DNA of 64,000 nt from a virus (Duplodnaviria; Caudoviricetes), in the IMG/VR virus record IMGVR_UViG_3300030376_007323, positions 1-64,000 of that record; one strand, 5' to 3'. A program made the translations under genes and the position numbers. The notes beneath the pieces were generated by a model. It was not told the DNA's origin. It worked only from the letters and a program-made list of their open reading frames with translations, and made no database searches. How positions within the stretch are numbered: the stretch's first letter is position 1; each line of letters starts with the position of its first letter. This document shows, one piece after another, positions 9,258 through 19,106 of this stretch.

Positions 9258-10154
9258 TTACATACAACTAAAATATCTCTCCCCCCTATCACATAATATC
9301 GTTATAGCATCTGTTTTATCATTGTCTCTCAACCACTGAAATGAAGCGAATACATTAGCCGCAGCACTTATACCCACAAATAACCCATAATTTTTAGCTA
9401 AATGTCTAGCACATGCTTTAGCACATTCTGTGGATACAATTCTTACCTCAGAAACTTTTTCTAAATCAACCAAAAACTTACTACCATCACCTATCCCCTG
9501 GATGCCGTGTAGTCCTGATTCAAAACCTGACATCACGGCACTTTCCGCTGGTTCAATAGCTACAGTTTTAATTTTAGGCCACATTTCTTTTAAAAATTTA
9601 TCGGTACCCATTAATGTCCCACCAGTTCCCGTACCAGCTACAAATACTGATGGGTATGATTTTTCACCTTTAGTTTCTTTATACTGGTTGTAAAATTCAG
9701 GTCCTGTAGTTTGATAATGGGCTTGTATATTTAAAGGGTTATCAAACTGATTACAATTAAACCATTCGTTAACGTAACACAATTCATCTCTCATTCGTAT
9801 AGCTTCATCAAAATCACCTTCTGGTGCTTCTATTAATTCTGCACCATAATACTCAAACATTTTTTTTCTTTCCTCAGACATGTTAGATGGCATTATAATA
9901 ACCATTTTATACCCTCTTTCAGCTGCTAACATCGCAAATGCTATCCCACTATTTCCACTAGTAGCTTCACACATAGTATCACCCTTACTTAAAAGACCGT
10001 TTTCTTCCGCGTTATTAATTATAAATGTTGCCATCCTATCTTTTACAGACCCTGATGGGTTCATAAATTCTGCTTTACCCCATACTGTGTATCTACCAAT
10101 CCTTATGGGAATAAGTGGTGTGTTACCTACGTGTTGGGATAGTCTATCCTTCAT
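9258..10154 (-). CDS. cysK: Cysteine synthase (O-acetylserine sulfhydrylase, PLP-dependent)
   Basis: KAEFMNPSGSVKDR, EATSGNSG, GTGTGGT, HGIQGIG. Confidence 0.92.
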   Translation of the reverse strand: MKDRLSQHVGNTPLIPIRIGRYTVWGKAEFMNPSGSVKDRMATFIINNAEENGLLSKGDTMCEATSGNSGIAFAMLAAERGYKMVIIMPSNMSEERKKMFEYYGAELIEAPEGDFDEAIRMRDELCYVNEWFNCNQFDNPLNIQAHYQTTGPEFYNQYKETKGEKSYPSVFVAGTGTGGTLMGTDKFLKEMWPKIKTVAIEPAESAVMSGFESGLHGIQGIGDGSKFLVDLEKVSEVRIVSTECAKACARHLAKNYGLFVGISAAANVFASFQWLRDNDKTDAITILCDRGERYFSCM

Positions 10155-10582
10155 TAGTCTTCTATTTCTACGTTAAACTTATCTCCTTGTTGTATTTTTT
10201 CGATGATGTCTATCCCATCCACTACTCTACCAAAGCAAGTGTGATTGCCGTCTAGATGTTGTGTGGCTTGACGTGTGTGAACTAGAAAAAATTGTGACCC
10301 ACCAGTATTCCTTCCTGCATGTGCCATTGATAGGACTCCTCTATCGTGAAATTGTTTACCTCCTGTTAATTCACAGTCTATCTTATATCCTGGTCCCCCA
10401 GCACCAGTTCCATTAGGGCAACCTCCTTGAGCTACAAACCCTGGAATTACCCTATGAAAGTTTAGGTCTTTATAAAATCCTTCTTTTGCTAATTTAACAA
10501 AATTATTTACTGTATTTGGTGCGTCTTTTTCATAGAACTCTACCACCATAGTCCCTTTATCTGTATTAATCTTACCTTTCAT
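10154..10582 (-). CDS. Cyclophilin-type peptidyl-prolyl isomerase
   Basis: FHRVIPGFVAQGG, SMAHAG, GSQFF, HLDGNHTCFG. Confidence 0.95.
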   Translation of the reverse strand: MKGKINTDKGTMVVEFYEKDAPNTVNNFVKLAKEGFYKDLNFHRVIPGFVAQGGCPNGTGAGGPGYKIDCELTGGKQFHDRGVLSMAHAGRNTGGSQFFLVHTRQATQHLDGNHTCFGRVVDGIDIIEKIQQGDKFNVEIED

Positions 10583-10603
10583 TTTAATTATTTTATTTAT
10601 TTA

Positions 10604-11035
10604 TTACATATATTCATTTACTGCTTCGTATATCAATTCTTGTTCTTCCCCATCAAAGTTTTCCTCACCCTCTAGAAATGTAGCATCACCACCATGTTCA
10701 TCACTATACTCTTCTACGATAAATTTATGGTCACCATAAGACCCATACGCCTCAAATTTAAAAGCAAACCATGTTTCATAATTATTTTCAACATACACTT
10801 TATCATCACCAGCCTCCTCTAGTGTGTCAACATAAGTCATATCATCCAATTGTTCAAAAATTACATCTTTATCATCATCCGTAAAATTTTCTTTACCTTC
10901 CATGTAGACAAGTTCTCGTTCATCATTCATATCTTGCATACTCACTTTAAAATCTTTTCCTTTATACTTCCCTATGTAAGTATGTTTGCCCTCTTCATGG
11001 GTCTTTACTTTATCATTAATTACTACTTCTGCCAT
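10604..11035 (-). CDS. Acidic hypothetical protein with internal duplication
   Basis: YMEGKENFTDDDKDVIFE vs FLEGEENFDGEEQELIYE. Confidence 0.7.
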   Translation of the reverse strand: MAEVVINDKVKTHEEGKHTYIGKYKGKDFKVSMQDMNDERELVYMEGKENFTDDDKDVIFEQLDDMTYVDTLEEAGDDKVYVENNYETWFAFKFEAYGSYGDHKFIVEEYSDEHGGDATFLEGEENFDGEEQELIYEAVNEYM

Positions 11036-11037
11036 TT

Positions 11038-11391
11038 TTATTTTTTTTTTAATTTATTAATTTCCCTGCTTATATACCAACTTGCTTTTTCCAAGTCTTC
11101 TAATGTATTCATTTTTTTGCCTACTCTTGAGATATATTTTATCGTATTGCCCAGATTAAATCCTAGGTCCCACGCTTCGATTACTTTAATTGCCTCATAA
11201 GGGTTATCCTCACCACCATAGTGGTTTGGGTGATTAACCATTTCTTTTTTTGAGATGTTTTGTGTTCTATTAAAAGCGATTATTTGTTCAGTCGTTGGAA
11301 AATCCGGATTATTCCTCCCTGTCAATTCTTTATAGTGTGGATTTGGTTCTCCAGTGTTAGGGTCGTACGTAGGTATTTTTTTTGTAGACAT
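11038..11391 (-). CDS. DUF3310 (SaV-like) protein
   Basis: MVNHPNHY, EAIKVI, GFNLGNTIKYISR, EDLEKASWY. Confidence 0.9.
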   Translation of the reverse strand: MSTKKIPTYDPNTGEPNPHYKELTGRNNPDFPTTEQIIAFNRTQNISKKEMVNHPNHYGGEDNPYEAIKVIEAWDLGFNLGNTIKYISRVGKKMNTLEDLEKASWYISREINKLKKK

Positions 11392-11455
11392 TTATTTTAT
11401 TTTATTTATAAAATTTTAAATAAAATTAAAAGTATTGTCAATATAATTTTTTATT

Positions 11456-11785
11456 TTAATTAAGACAAAATGGGGGAAACCCATCTTTAATATTAACAAA
11501 TAATTTTTCTATTTGTTTTTCTTCCTGTATGAATTTGTTGATGTCCAACTCTTGGTGTATTTCTTTAAATGCTAGGTCAGTTACAATACCTAAAAGTTCT
11601 GTGGATGATAACATGGGGTCCCCATTTTTTTTAAAGTTAATGGTCGCCTTATCAGCGACCATTTTGTAAAATTCATCCATATCAATTTCAGTAATACCAA
11701 ACATATCTCTCCTAGCTTCTTCATCAGTGTCAAAGAAATCTTTAAGTCTTCGAACATATATTTGTATATCTACTTCCATATACAT
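11456..11785 (-). CDS. Hypothetical protein (likely start 11779)
   Basis: ORF; ATATTTAT motif overlaps the first ATG. Confidence 0.7.
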   Translation of the reverse strand: MYMEVDIQIYVRRLKDFFDTDEEARRDMFGITEIDMDEFYKMVADKATINFKKNGDPMLSSTELLGIVTDLAFKEIHQELDINKFIQEEKQIEKLFVNIKDGFPPFCLN

Positions 11786-11790
11786 AAATA

Positions 11791-12075
11791 TTACACCAAG
11801 TTATATTTCTTAATCAATCTCTTATCTATAGTTGTTGTTTTACCTTCCTTTTTTAAAATATTATATATTTTTTGTGCGGCTAATTTGATATCTTTCATCC
11901 CGTCTTCTACCTTGGTTTTGTTTTTATAAATCATAACTTCCACGTTACCTGGAGTTTTTACTATTTTACCACCAATTCTTTTTGAGGTTTCTCTTGTTAT
12001 TTTTTGTCTTACCTCATAGTTCACCATTTTACAGATATGATGACCTCTTTTTTCCATTGTTGTACTTCCACCCAT
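11791..12075 (-). CDS. Basic hypothetical protein
   Basis: ORF in operon. Confidence 0.7.
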   Translation of the reverse strand: MGGSTTMEKRGHHICKMVNYEVRQKITRETSKRIGGKIVKTPGNVEVMIYKNKTKVEDGMKDIKLAAQKIYNILKKEGKTTTIDKRLIKKYNLV

Positions 12076-12088
12076 TTTATTTTATTTT

Positions 12089-12337
12089 TTAAAAATTAAT
12101 ACTCATCCATCGTAAATTACCACTATGGGTAATTGTCTTATCAAACATACTAGATTGGTACACACTTTTTAGATTTTCTGCATCTTCTATTTTACCAAAT
12201 AGTTTTAGGTCACTATACCCAAAATTATTTTTTAGAAATAAATCTAGTTCTTTCCCCCTTAAGATAAGGTGAACGTGTCTAACAACCCAGTCTTGGAAGT
12301 CGTATGTGTCCCAGTTTGATTTTTCTCTTGTTTCCAT
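12089..12337 (-). CDS. Hypothetical protein
   Basis: ORF with TATATTTG (12342-12349) 4 nt upstream. Confidence 0.7.
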   Translation of the reverse strand: METREKSNWDTYDFQDWVVRHVHLILRGKELDLFLKNNFGYSDLKLFGKIEDAENLKSVYQSSMFDKTITHSGNLRWMSINF

Positions 12338-12373
12338 AGTACAAATATACGAATTTTTTATTATTATAGTATG

Positions 12374-12934
12374 TTATTTAGGAAAAACTTTTATCTCTTT
12401 TGTCGCACTTACTAATTCCCCCCATACACTCTCTTCTTTATATCTAGTTGCCCTAACTTTGTGATTATCAATATAGTGATATGCAGTAACGTCTTCATGA
12501 ATTCTTGGTTTACCGAAGATTATATGATGCCATCTTACTTCGTTATCTCTTAACCATTGTTCAGTAATTTCTCTATGTTCTTCTTTTCTAGATGTAAAAA
12601 ACGTAATTATATTTCCTTCTTCGTACCACTTATTAATTGTTTCTATTGCATTATGATGTGGTTTCGCGTCAGACATTCTATCAAACTGTTCATTAGGTAT
12701 ATCCTCACATAATGTACCATCTATATCCAAAACATAATTAGTTTTATTAACTTGTTTTCTAATTTGTCTGTAACCAACCATTTTTTTCTCCAAATACTCT
12801 TCAATATCATATGTATATTCCCCACATGAAGAATAAAGACATTTTTTCTGAATAACTGTTTTATTGTCTTCGGTTAGGTAAACTTCAGTTATACTATTTG
12901 CGTAATGTTGTGTGTAAATTAATATTTCTTCCAT
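12374..12934 (-). CDS. HAD-superfamily phosphatase with N-terminal extension
   Basis: VLDIDGTL, FFTSR, FGKP, YIDN. Confidence 0.85.
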   Translation of the reverse strand: MEEILIYTQHYANSITEVYLTEDNKTVIQKKCLYSSCGEYTYDIEEYLEKKMVGYRQIRKQVNKTNYVLDIDGTLCEDIPNEQFDRMSDAKPHHNAIETINKWYEEGNIITFFTSRKEEHREITEQWLRDNEVRWHHIIFGKPRIHEDVTAYHYIDNHKVRATRYKEESVWGELVSATKEIKVFPK

Positions 12935-12935
12935 T

Positions 12936-13130
12936 TTATTTCTTTTTATCTATTTTTTTAATTATTGTTTTTTCCATTGATATAATCACCTTTTCTAGTT
13001 TTAGTATTTGTCTTTCTAGGTGAATTATTTGTTCTCTTTTTTTTCTTCCTAGTTTTGCTTCCCAGATTAACCATCCAAAAGCTACCACTTCTAAAATGAA
13101 TAATGCTATTAATAATGTGGTTTGTGTCAT
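12936..13130 (-). CDS. Small TM + coiled-coil protein
   Basis: N-terminal hydrophobic helix. Confidence 0.65.
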   Translation of the reverse strand: MTQTTLLIALFILEVVAFGWLIWEAKLGRKKREQIIHLERQILKLEKVIISMEKTIIKKIDKKK

Positions 13131-13131
13131 A

Positions 13132-14307
13132 TTATCTACCTACTTCTTTGATGTATTTCTTCTGTGTTTCTTCCCACGATAAATCAATCACATCCCAATA
13201 AAATAGTTGTTCTGGTTTAATTCTATCTTGTTCATACATATTCTTATATCTTCTTATTGCTTTTTTCTTCCACCACTTATCTGTGTATGGAATATCATCT
13301 TGGAATTTTTTCTTTATTTTTAACTCTTTTTCTTCTATCTCTCCTCGTAAGAACTCACAGCCATTATCGTACATCATTGCAAGATAGACCCCTCTCTTAA
13401 ACCCGTGGTCATAATCCGAACCCTTTATACCACAATGTTTAAAAACCTTGTTAAGGATGTTCTGTTTAGGTCCTGTAGCACTTATAGCCTTTTTATGTTC
13501 TTCTGGGTGGTTATCTTTTAACCATTTGTTCCAAGGTAGGTATGCACTGTCATCTGGTTTTAATCTAACCTTACCAGATGTTTCACCCATTGTTTTAAAA
13601 TGTGGCATCCCATTGTACATTGAATTTATTCCGTACAGAGACGTTGTTCCCACAGCGATTAGTTTATCACCGTATTTTTCTTCCCACGCATCTCTAATTG
13701 TTTTACAGGTTGTTAATGCGGCTACTAATTTACCCATTAACATATTATACCCACCTGGTTGGGTCGAGCATATTGTAGTAGCTATCGCGGTATTGTTTAG
13801 TTTGTGTTGGTCAAATTTGTTTGTTTTATCCCACCCTATGTAGGCATCTCTAACCTTAATGCTAGTAACATCAGACCCTAAACAAATCAAACCAAGGACT
13901 TTGTTAGTTTTCCTATCTCTTACCCAGAATTTCATATTACGTCCAGGATTTGCAACCCATTCCATTGTATGGATAAGTTTACGATAGTTTACCCATTCGG
14001 TAACACCTTTTCCTGGTGTTGCCATTTCAACGTAAGGTTCTAAATCTTCAATTTGTTTTATAGTGTGGTTTAAGTCATCTAAATCTGATGGTACCCATAG
14101 ATTTGTTCGGTAATTATATAATTTATTTTTTACCTTGGCCATTTTACCACCTTTATTCATTTCTTGCCACTTTTTATAAAGTGTTTGTTCTTCTACCGAC
14201 ATTTCTTTAAGCATGTCTAGATTGTCTATTAGATTTTGTTTTTGGCCTTCAAAATCAAAAATTTCTTCATTTTCTATAATATCAAATATTGTTGTTTGTT
14301 CTCCCAT
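13132..14307 (-). CDS. DUF4338 (Druantia DruA-like) domain protein
   Basis: PGRNMKFWV...LGLICLGS...RDAYIGW...GYNMLMGKL...TTSLYG. Confidence 0.75.
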   Translation of the reverse strand: MGEQTTIFDIIENEEIFDFEGQKQNLIDNLDMLKEMSVEEQTLYKKWQEMNKGGKMAKVKNKLYNYRTNLWVPSDLDDLNHTIKQIEDLEPYVEMATPGKGVTEWVNYRKLIHTMEWVANPGRNMKFWVRDRKTNKVLGLICLGSDVTSIKVRDAYIGWDKTNKFDQHKLNNTAIATTICSTQPGGYNMLMGKLVAALTTCKTIRDAWEEKYGDKLIAVGTTSLYGINSMYNGMPHFKTMGETSGKVRLKPDDSAYLPWNKWLKDNHPEEHKKAISATGPKQNILNKVFKHCGIKGSDYDHGFKRGVYLAMMYDNGCEFLRGEIEEKELKIKKKFQDDIPYTDKWWKKKAIRRYKNMYEQDRIKPEQLFYWDVIDLSWEETQKKYIKEVGR

Positions 14308-14391
14308 AGTATAATAATAAGATATTTTAATAGTGTTTTCAAGTTTTATTTACTTGTTAAATCTTAATATTTATTATTAAATAAAAAATTT

Positions 14392-14625
14392 ATGGCTTGT
14401 AAAAATTGTAAACCTAATAGATATAATAATTACCTAGGAGATAAGGTTAGTAAACTCCAAAACTACGCTAGGGAAGCACAGGAAAAAAACTGGATGGAAA
14501 AGAACTGGGATGATTCTATGGGGAGAATGACTAAACCTGAAAAATTAATTGTTTTCTTTTTTGCATGGATACCCCTAATTATTGGGTATGTCACTATAGT
14601 AAGATTTTTTATCTCCCTATTTTAA
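14392..14625 (+). CDS. Small membrane protein with N-terminal CxxC
   Basis: MACKNCK; C-terminal TM helix; ATATTTAT upstream. Confidence 0.7.
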   Translation: MACKNCKPNRYNNYLGDKVSKLQNYAREAQEKNWMEKNWDDSMGRMTKPEKLIVFFFAWIPLIIGYVTIVRFFISLF

Positions 14626-15618
14626 TCACTTATTTATACTTTCTAAAACCTCCCTATCTTTAGTTGTTAAGGTTTTAGGCATTACAATTTCCGGTATTAT
14701 AGTGACGTTACCTGGACCCATATCCCCCTTTAAACCCTTTCCTTTTAATGTAAATTTTCTTCCTATTTCACTTAATTCAGGAATCTTTGCCTTTATTGGA
14801 CCTTCGAAATGAGGTACTAATATTTCACACCCTAAAATCATATCTATAATTGATACCTTAGGTGTGTAGAGTAAATCCATGTTATAGACTTTGAAGTCAG
14901 GGTGTCGTTCTATAACCACTTGAATCTGTAGGTCTCCATTATCACCCCCACTTATTTCATCACCTAAATTTTTCATAGTAAAAACTTGACCTGTCATTAA
15001 GTTTCTAGGTACAGGAAAATCTACTTTCTGTTCTCTTTCATTCCTTTCACTACCATTACATGAATCACAAGCTCTTAAAATATTTTTACCCTTTCCTTGA
15101 CATAGAGGACATATTGTTTGTTGCATTTGTCTAAAAAATGCATTACCCACAGCATGATTTATAACCCCTTTACCACCACAATGTCTACAGTACTGGACTT
15201 GTCCTCCAGTACCACCACATCCCTGACAATTAATTTGTCTTTTATATGACATAACTTTGTTTCTCCCAAAATAAACATCCTCTAAACTTACTTTTAGTGA
15301 AATTTTAAGAGACCGACCTTTGGGTCTTTGTGGTTGACGTGCTCTTTGGTTAAAGAAATTGTTGACTATGTCTTCCATGTTGGGACCACCACTATCTCTC
15401 CCAAATCCAGCATAGGGGTTTTCTCCTCCTCTATCATACTTTGCCCTTTTATCACTATCACTTAATGTGTCATAAGCTTCTGATAACTCTTTAAAAGTAC
15501 TTTCATCACCCCCCTTATCTGGGTGGTGAGTCTTAGATAATTTTCTAAATGCCTTTTTTATCTCATCTTGAGTGGCATTTCTATTGATATTTAGTGTTTT
15601 ATAGTAATCTTTATGCAT
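14626..15618 (-). CDS. dnaJ: DnaJ chaperone
   Basis: J-domain with HPD; four CxxCxGx(G) zinc repeats; C-terminal substrate-binding domain. Confidence 0.95.
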   Translation of the reverse strand: MHKDYYKTLNINRNATQDEIKKAFRKLSKTHHPDKGGDESTFKELSEAYDTLSDSDKRAKYDRGGENPYAGFGRDSGGPNMEDIVNNFFNQRARQPQRPKGRSLKISLKVSLEDVYFGRNKVMSYKRQINCQGCGGTGGQVQYCRHCGGKGVINHAVGNAFFRQMQQTICPLCQGKGKNILRACDSCNGSERNEREQKVDFPVPRNLMTGQVFTMKNLGDEISGGDNGDLQIQVVIERHPDFKVYNMDLLYTPKVSIIDMILGCEILVPHFEGPIKAKIPELSEIGRKFTLKGKGLKGDMGPGNVTIIPEIVMPKTLTTKDREVLESINK

Positions 15619-16254
15619 ATGTCTTATAACAGAAATAAATATAAAATTGTTTTATTTAAAAATGGTGATAGAACTAAAGTGTTCTTTTCTTCCAATAGTA
15701 AAAAAAGTATTTTAAAGAAATATAATAAACTTATTGAAGAAAAGAAGCCTAAATTCATAACAGAATACATATCACGTAAAAAAGTTATGTTTGAGCTTGC
15801 TATTATAACCACGGAACAGTCTGACAAGTCCATCTTCGTTAAAGATTCTGTTGGTCGTACCAAAAAAGTTTCTTTGGGGGACTCTAGTTATCACATAATA
15901 AAATTACTTCCTTACTGGAAGGAGGAGAGAATTTATGACCATCAGAATAAAACTAAAATATCTTTTAGTTGTCTCTTAGAAAATTACTTAACTGGAAAAG
16001 AGTTTAAACAGATTTTTAGTCTAAATAATAAACTTATAATACAACAAGATGAAATATTTAATTTATTTAGTTTAAAAACTGTCACAGACGCTCAACGTCT
16101 TTTGGGTATTATTGAACTTGATTTTATTGATAATGGAAGATATGATTGTTTGTTTGTGAGGGACACCAATACGGTACAAAGAAAACAACTTTATAATATT
16201 TTAACTGAGGTTGGGTATGATAGAGATTTTTTACGAAAACAGTTTACTTACTAA
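15619..16254 (+). CDS. Phage hypothetical protein (start 15619 or 15613)
   Basis: Long + strand ORF, divergent from dnaJ. Confidence 0.75.
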   Translation: MSYNRNKYKIVLFKNGDRTKVFFSSNSKKSILKKYNKLIEEKKPKFITEYISRKKVMFELAIITTEQSDKSIFVKDSVGRTKKVSLGDSSYHIIKLLPYWKEERIYDHQNKTKISFSCLLENYLTGKEFKQIFSLNNKLIIQQDEIFNLFSLKTVTDAQRLLGIIELDFIDNGRYDCLFVRDTNTVQRKQLYNILTEVGYDRDFLRKQFTY

Positions 16255-16484
16255 ATTCTCTGAAATATAAATTCTGTACCACTTATATTAATGGATACTT
16301 GGTTTTGGTTCCTATCTACCCCCACCCTAACAAATTCTTCAACCTCATTTAAAGTGGTCATAAAATCTTTTTGGTTTAATTTAAAGTTAACACTTGTATT
16401 TTTTAGGGCATTTTCTTGATTGATGATTTCAGCAATTTCTGCACATTTACTTAAAATTTTAAAGTTTTTTTGATTTTCTTCCAT
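16251..16484 (-). CDS. Hypothetical protein
   Basis: ORF in operon. Confidence 0.65.
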   Translation of the reverse strand: MEENQKNFKILSKCAEIAEIINQENALKNTSVNFKLNQKDFMTTLNEVEEFVRVGVDRNQNQVSINISGTEFIFQRI

Positions 16485-16675
16485 ATGCTTTTTTTAGTAG
16501 GTCCTTCGTCTTTTTTTGGAGACTCTGGTTCTACTTCCGTTTTTTGTTTTTGGAGATATTCATTTAGACCGGATTTTTTTATTTCCGTTATTACGTTTTT
16601 TTTATGTTGTAATATTTCCTGGTGGTCCTTCAATATTTCCTTCTTCAACCAATCTTTCGTTTTCTTTGTTTTCAT
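16451..16675 (-). CDS. Basic hypothetical protein
   Basis: ORF ending SIWKKIKKTLKF; overlaps both neighbours. Confidence 0.6.
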   Translation of the reverse strand: MKTKKTKDWLKKEILKDHQEILQHKKNVITEIKKSGLNEYLQKQKTEVEPESPKKDEGPTKKSIWKKIKKTLKF

Positions 16676-17060
16676 CTAATTCTAGGTTTGGTGCAAAATT
16701 AAATTCTAAACTACGTAAAGAATCTATATTATTTTCAGTAAATGTCTTTTTTAGTTCCGCCATCTTTCTACTTAATAGGTCATCTTTTTCAGCTATATCC
16801 TTGTTGAATTTAATAATCGCTTTTATTTCTTCTAATAATATGTTAGTTTGCTCCCTATCGAAAAGTGTATAAAATGAAACTATTTTAGTATTTTTATTTT
16901 TACTACCTACCTTTATTTGGACCTTGTTTCCTCTATTGTCTAATACGTACTTGTCTTGCCAATTTAGAGGTAATCTTAAATCTATAACTATAAAATCTTC
17001 ATGTCTTCTAATACTATTAAAAAACTCATCTAGTTCTAATATATCGTCGTATATGTTCAT
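16602..17060 (-). CDS. Hypothetical protein
   Basis: 152-aa ORF. Confidence 0.7.
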   Translation of the reverse strand: MNIYDDILELDEFFNSIRRHEDFIVIDLRLPLNWQDKYVLDNRGNKVQIKVGSKNKNTKIVSFYTLFDREQTNILLEEIKAIIKFNKDIAEKDDLLSRKMAELKKTFTENNIDSLRSLEFNFAPNLELDENKENERLVEEGNIEGPPGNITT

Positions 17061-17236
17061 CTAATTAAATATGTTAAAAAGTAAGATACTGATATCCCTA
17101 AAAGTAATAACTCTGGGTAGTTAAGTTTATATTTTGTTGGGTTGGCAGAAAATAAACTAGTAGTTAGTAAAAAAATATTTCTTACTATTACTAGTGCACT
17201 AAAAATGAAACCCATAGTATGTACCCAATTCTCCAT
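17057..17236 (-). CDS. Small 2-TM protein, 59 aa (MENWVHTMGFIFSALVIVRNIF...)
   Basis: Manual translation; ATGA overlap with 17060. Confidence 0.65.
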   Translation of the reverse strand: MENWVHTMGFIFSALVIVRNIFLLTTSLFSANPTKYKLNYPELLLLGISVSYFLTYLIR

Positions 17237-17410
17237 TTATTTTTTACTTTCTTCTAAAATCTCTTTTCTTAATTGTTGTAGTATCGATTTGAGTTCTTGT
17301 GCTGATTTTCTTGCTCTAATTCCAGCACTTTTATTTTGTTTATCAAAAAATTTTTCAGCATCCACCTTTATAGATGTCACTAAAGTTTCCATTTGTTGTA
17401 TTGTCTCCAT
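17237..17410 (-). CDS. Histone H1-like nucleoid protein (Hc1 family, Bacteroidota type), 57 aa
   Basis: Manual translation METIQQMETLVTSIKVDAEKFFDKQNKSAGIRARKSAQELKSILQQLRKEILEESKK; DAEKFxxKxNKxAGxRxRK signature. Confidence 0.85.
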   Translation of the reverse strand: METIQQMETLVTSIKVDAEKFFDKQNKSAGIRARKSAQELKSILQQLRKEILEESKK

Positions 17411-17411
17411 C

Positions 17412-17615
17412 TTATTTTTCTGTTTTTTGTTTTGTGTATAACTCCCAGGTTTTAATACTAGAATCAGTTATACTTAATTTATCCACCATTTCTATAGATT
17501 TTTCAACTTTTTCGTCTGTAGATATAGTAGGCTCATTTAAAAGTCTTTCTAACTCACTTTCAAGTTTTTGTTTACGAAGTATTAATTCGTTATTTATGAT
17601 ATTTAATATTCTCAT
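17412..17615 (-). CDS. Small hypothetical protein
   Basis: ORF with TTG-N20-TAATATTA promoter 3 nt upstream. Confidence 0.7.
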   Translation of the reverse strand: MRILNIINNELILRKQKLESELERLLNEPTISTDEKVEKSIEMVDKLSITDSSIKTWELYTKQKTEK

Positions 17616-17631
17616 ATCTAATATTAATAAA

Positions 17632-18105
17632 TTATTTATCTACTGTCAAGTTCTGTTCTAAAATAAAATATATCTCTTTCAACATATCTAATTCAGAATT
17701 AGTTTTTTCTATGTGTATTCTAAAAAGTCTATTTAAAAAATCACATATTTTTTCTGTGTTTTCTTCTTTTTTATTAACATAGTAAGACTCATAAAAAAAA
17801 TTCCAAAAATACTCATAGTGACCACCCACTTGATTAAAGTAGATGTTTTCTTCACCAAAATTATTAAGTAGATTATTCCAACACCAGTTAAAATGTTCTT
17901 TTCTTTCCTTATCACCCACAATTACATCATCACCTAGATAAGTTTCACGTATAGTGGTATATAATCCGTTAATAAAATCAAAAAAGAGTTCTAGTTTTTG
18001 GGTGTTGACATTATTCATCCTCACCCATGTATCAATGTCTTCTTTATTGACCACTTCGGTTATATATTTAAAAAATTGTTCAGGTAATAAGCTTTTTCTA
18101 TTCAT
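17632..18105 (-). CDS. Hypothetical protein
   Basis: 157-aa aromatic-rich ORF. Confidence 0.7.
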   Translation of the reverse strand: MNRKSLLPEQFFKYITEVVNKEDIDTWVRMNNVNTQKLELFFDFINGLYTTIRETYLGDDVIVGDKERKEHFNWCWNNLLNNFGEENIYFNQVGGHYEYFWNFFYESYYVNKKEENTEKICDFLNRLFRIHIEKTNSELDMLKEIYFILEQNLTVDK

Positions 18106-18152
18106 ATCTTTTATATTATAAAGATAAGAAGTAAAAGTAGTATATAAAGGGA

Positions 18153-19082
18153 TTATTGTGTGTTTTTATGATAGTTCCACAATTTTTTCATATTGTCCAT
18201 ATCTTCTATTACCCCCTCTTTAACTTGTTTAACTTTTTGTACATCGGGTGTGTACCCCTTTAAATTAGTCATTGAAGATTTGTTAGCTTCTATTTTTTCT
18301 TTCCTACGTTTTGCGGATTTTGCTAATTTTTCACCTAGTTCACTTTTGTACCCTACATTCCCCAATAATTCACCATCTTTGTCTACTTGAGCATTACCAG
18401 TTTCTTGTGAACCTTCTAAGTATTTACTTAATCTATCCATGTTGGTATTATGAATATCAAAATCTTGTAGTCCTGGGTAAGCAAAGTCATCTATAAATTC
18501 TTGGTCCTCACTATCATTCCTATAGTACTGGTGTTGTCCATCAGCCCCTTCATTGCTAGTTTTAGAACCTTCTTGGTGTGGAAAAGACGGGTCAGTGTCT
18601 CCGTTAAAATCAGAATACTCTTCAAATTTCTTTTTTGTGTCTTTTTGGTATTCATTAGTTTCTGCTTTAGATTTCTTAGCTGCTTTTTCATAAGCGTCTA
18701 GCCCCGGGTGTTTCTTTTCAGCTTCTAAAATTTTATCTCTTAACTTTTTGTTAACTAGTTTTTTAATGGCTTCTGTGGTAGTTTCATTTACCGTGGACTT
18801 TGGGTTGTTGTCTTTTGGTTGTCCATCTATAACATCTTTTACCATACTGTCTATTGTGTTTTCTAGTACCATTTTTTCTGCCATCTCATTCGCAACCGCC
18901 TTCAAAGCCTCCTCAATCACTTCAGTTTCTTTTCTAAACTCTTTTCTATCTTCTTCGATTTCACTTGTTTTCATGGTTACTCCATTATTATCTCTCGCTA
19001 AAGCATGGTTTTCACCAATACGTTTAACTGACTTTTCTATAATTTTTTTTAAATCTGGACTTGTTGCTAATATATCTGACAT
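18153..19082 (-). CDS. Charged hypothetical protein, probable head/core component
   Basis: 309-aa ORF; ATATTTATA upstream. Confidence 0.65.
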   Translation of the reverse strand: MSDILATSPDLKKIIEKSVKRIGENHALARDNNGVTMKTSEIEEDRKEFRKETEVIEEALKAVANEMAEKMVLENTIDSMVKDVIDGQPKDNNPKSTVNETTTEAIKKLVNKKLRDKILEAEKKHPGLDAYEKAAKKSKAETNEYQKDTKKKFEEYSDFNGDTDPSFPHQEGSKTSNEGADGQHQYYRNDSEDQEFIDDFAYPGLQDFDIHNTNMDRLSKYLEGSQETGNAQVDKDGELLGNVGYKSELGEKLAKSAKRRKEKIEANKSSMTNLKGYTPDVQKVKQVKEGVIEDMDNMKKLWNYHKNTQ

Positions 19083-19106
19083 AATCTTTTTATTATAAAT
19101 ATCTAT

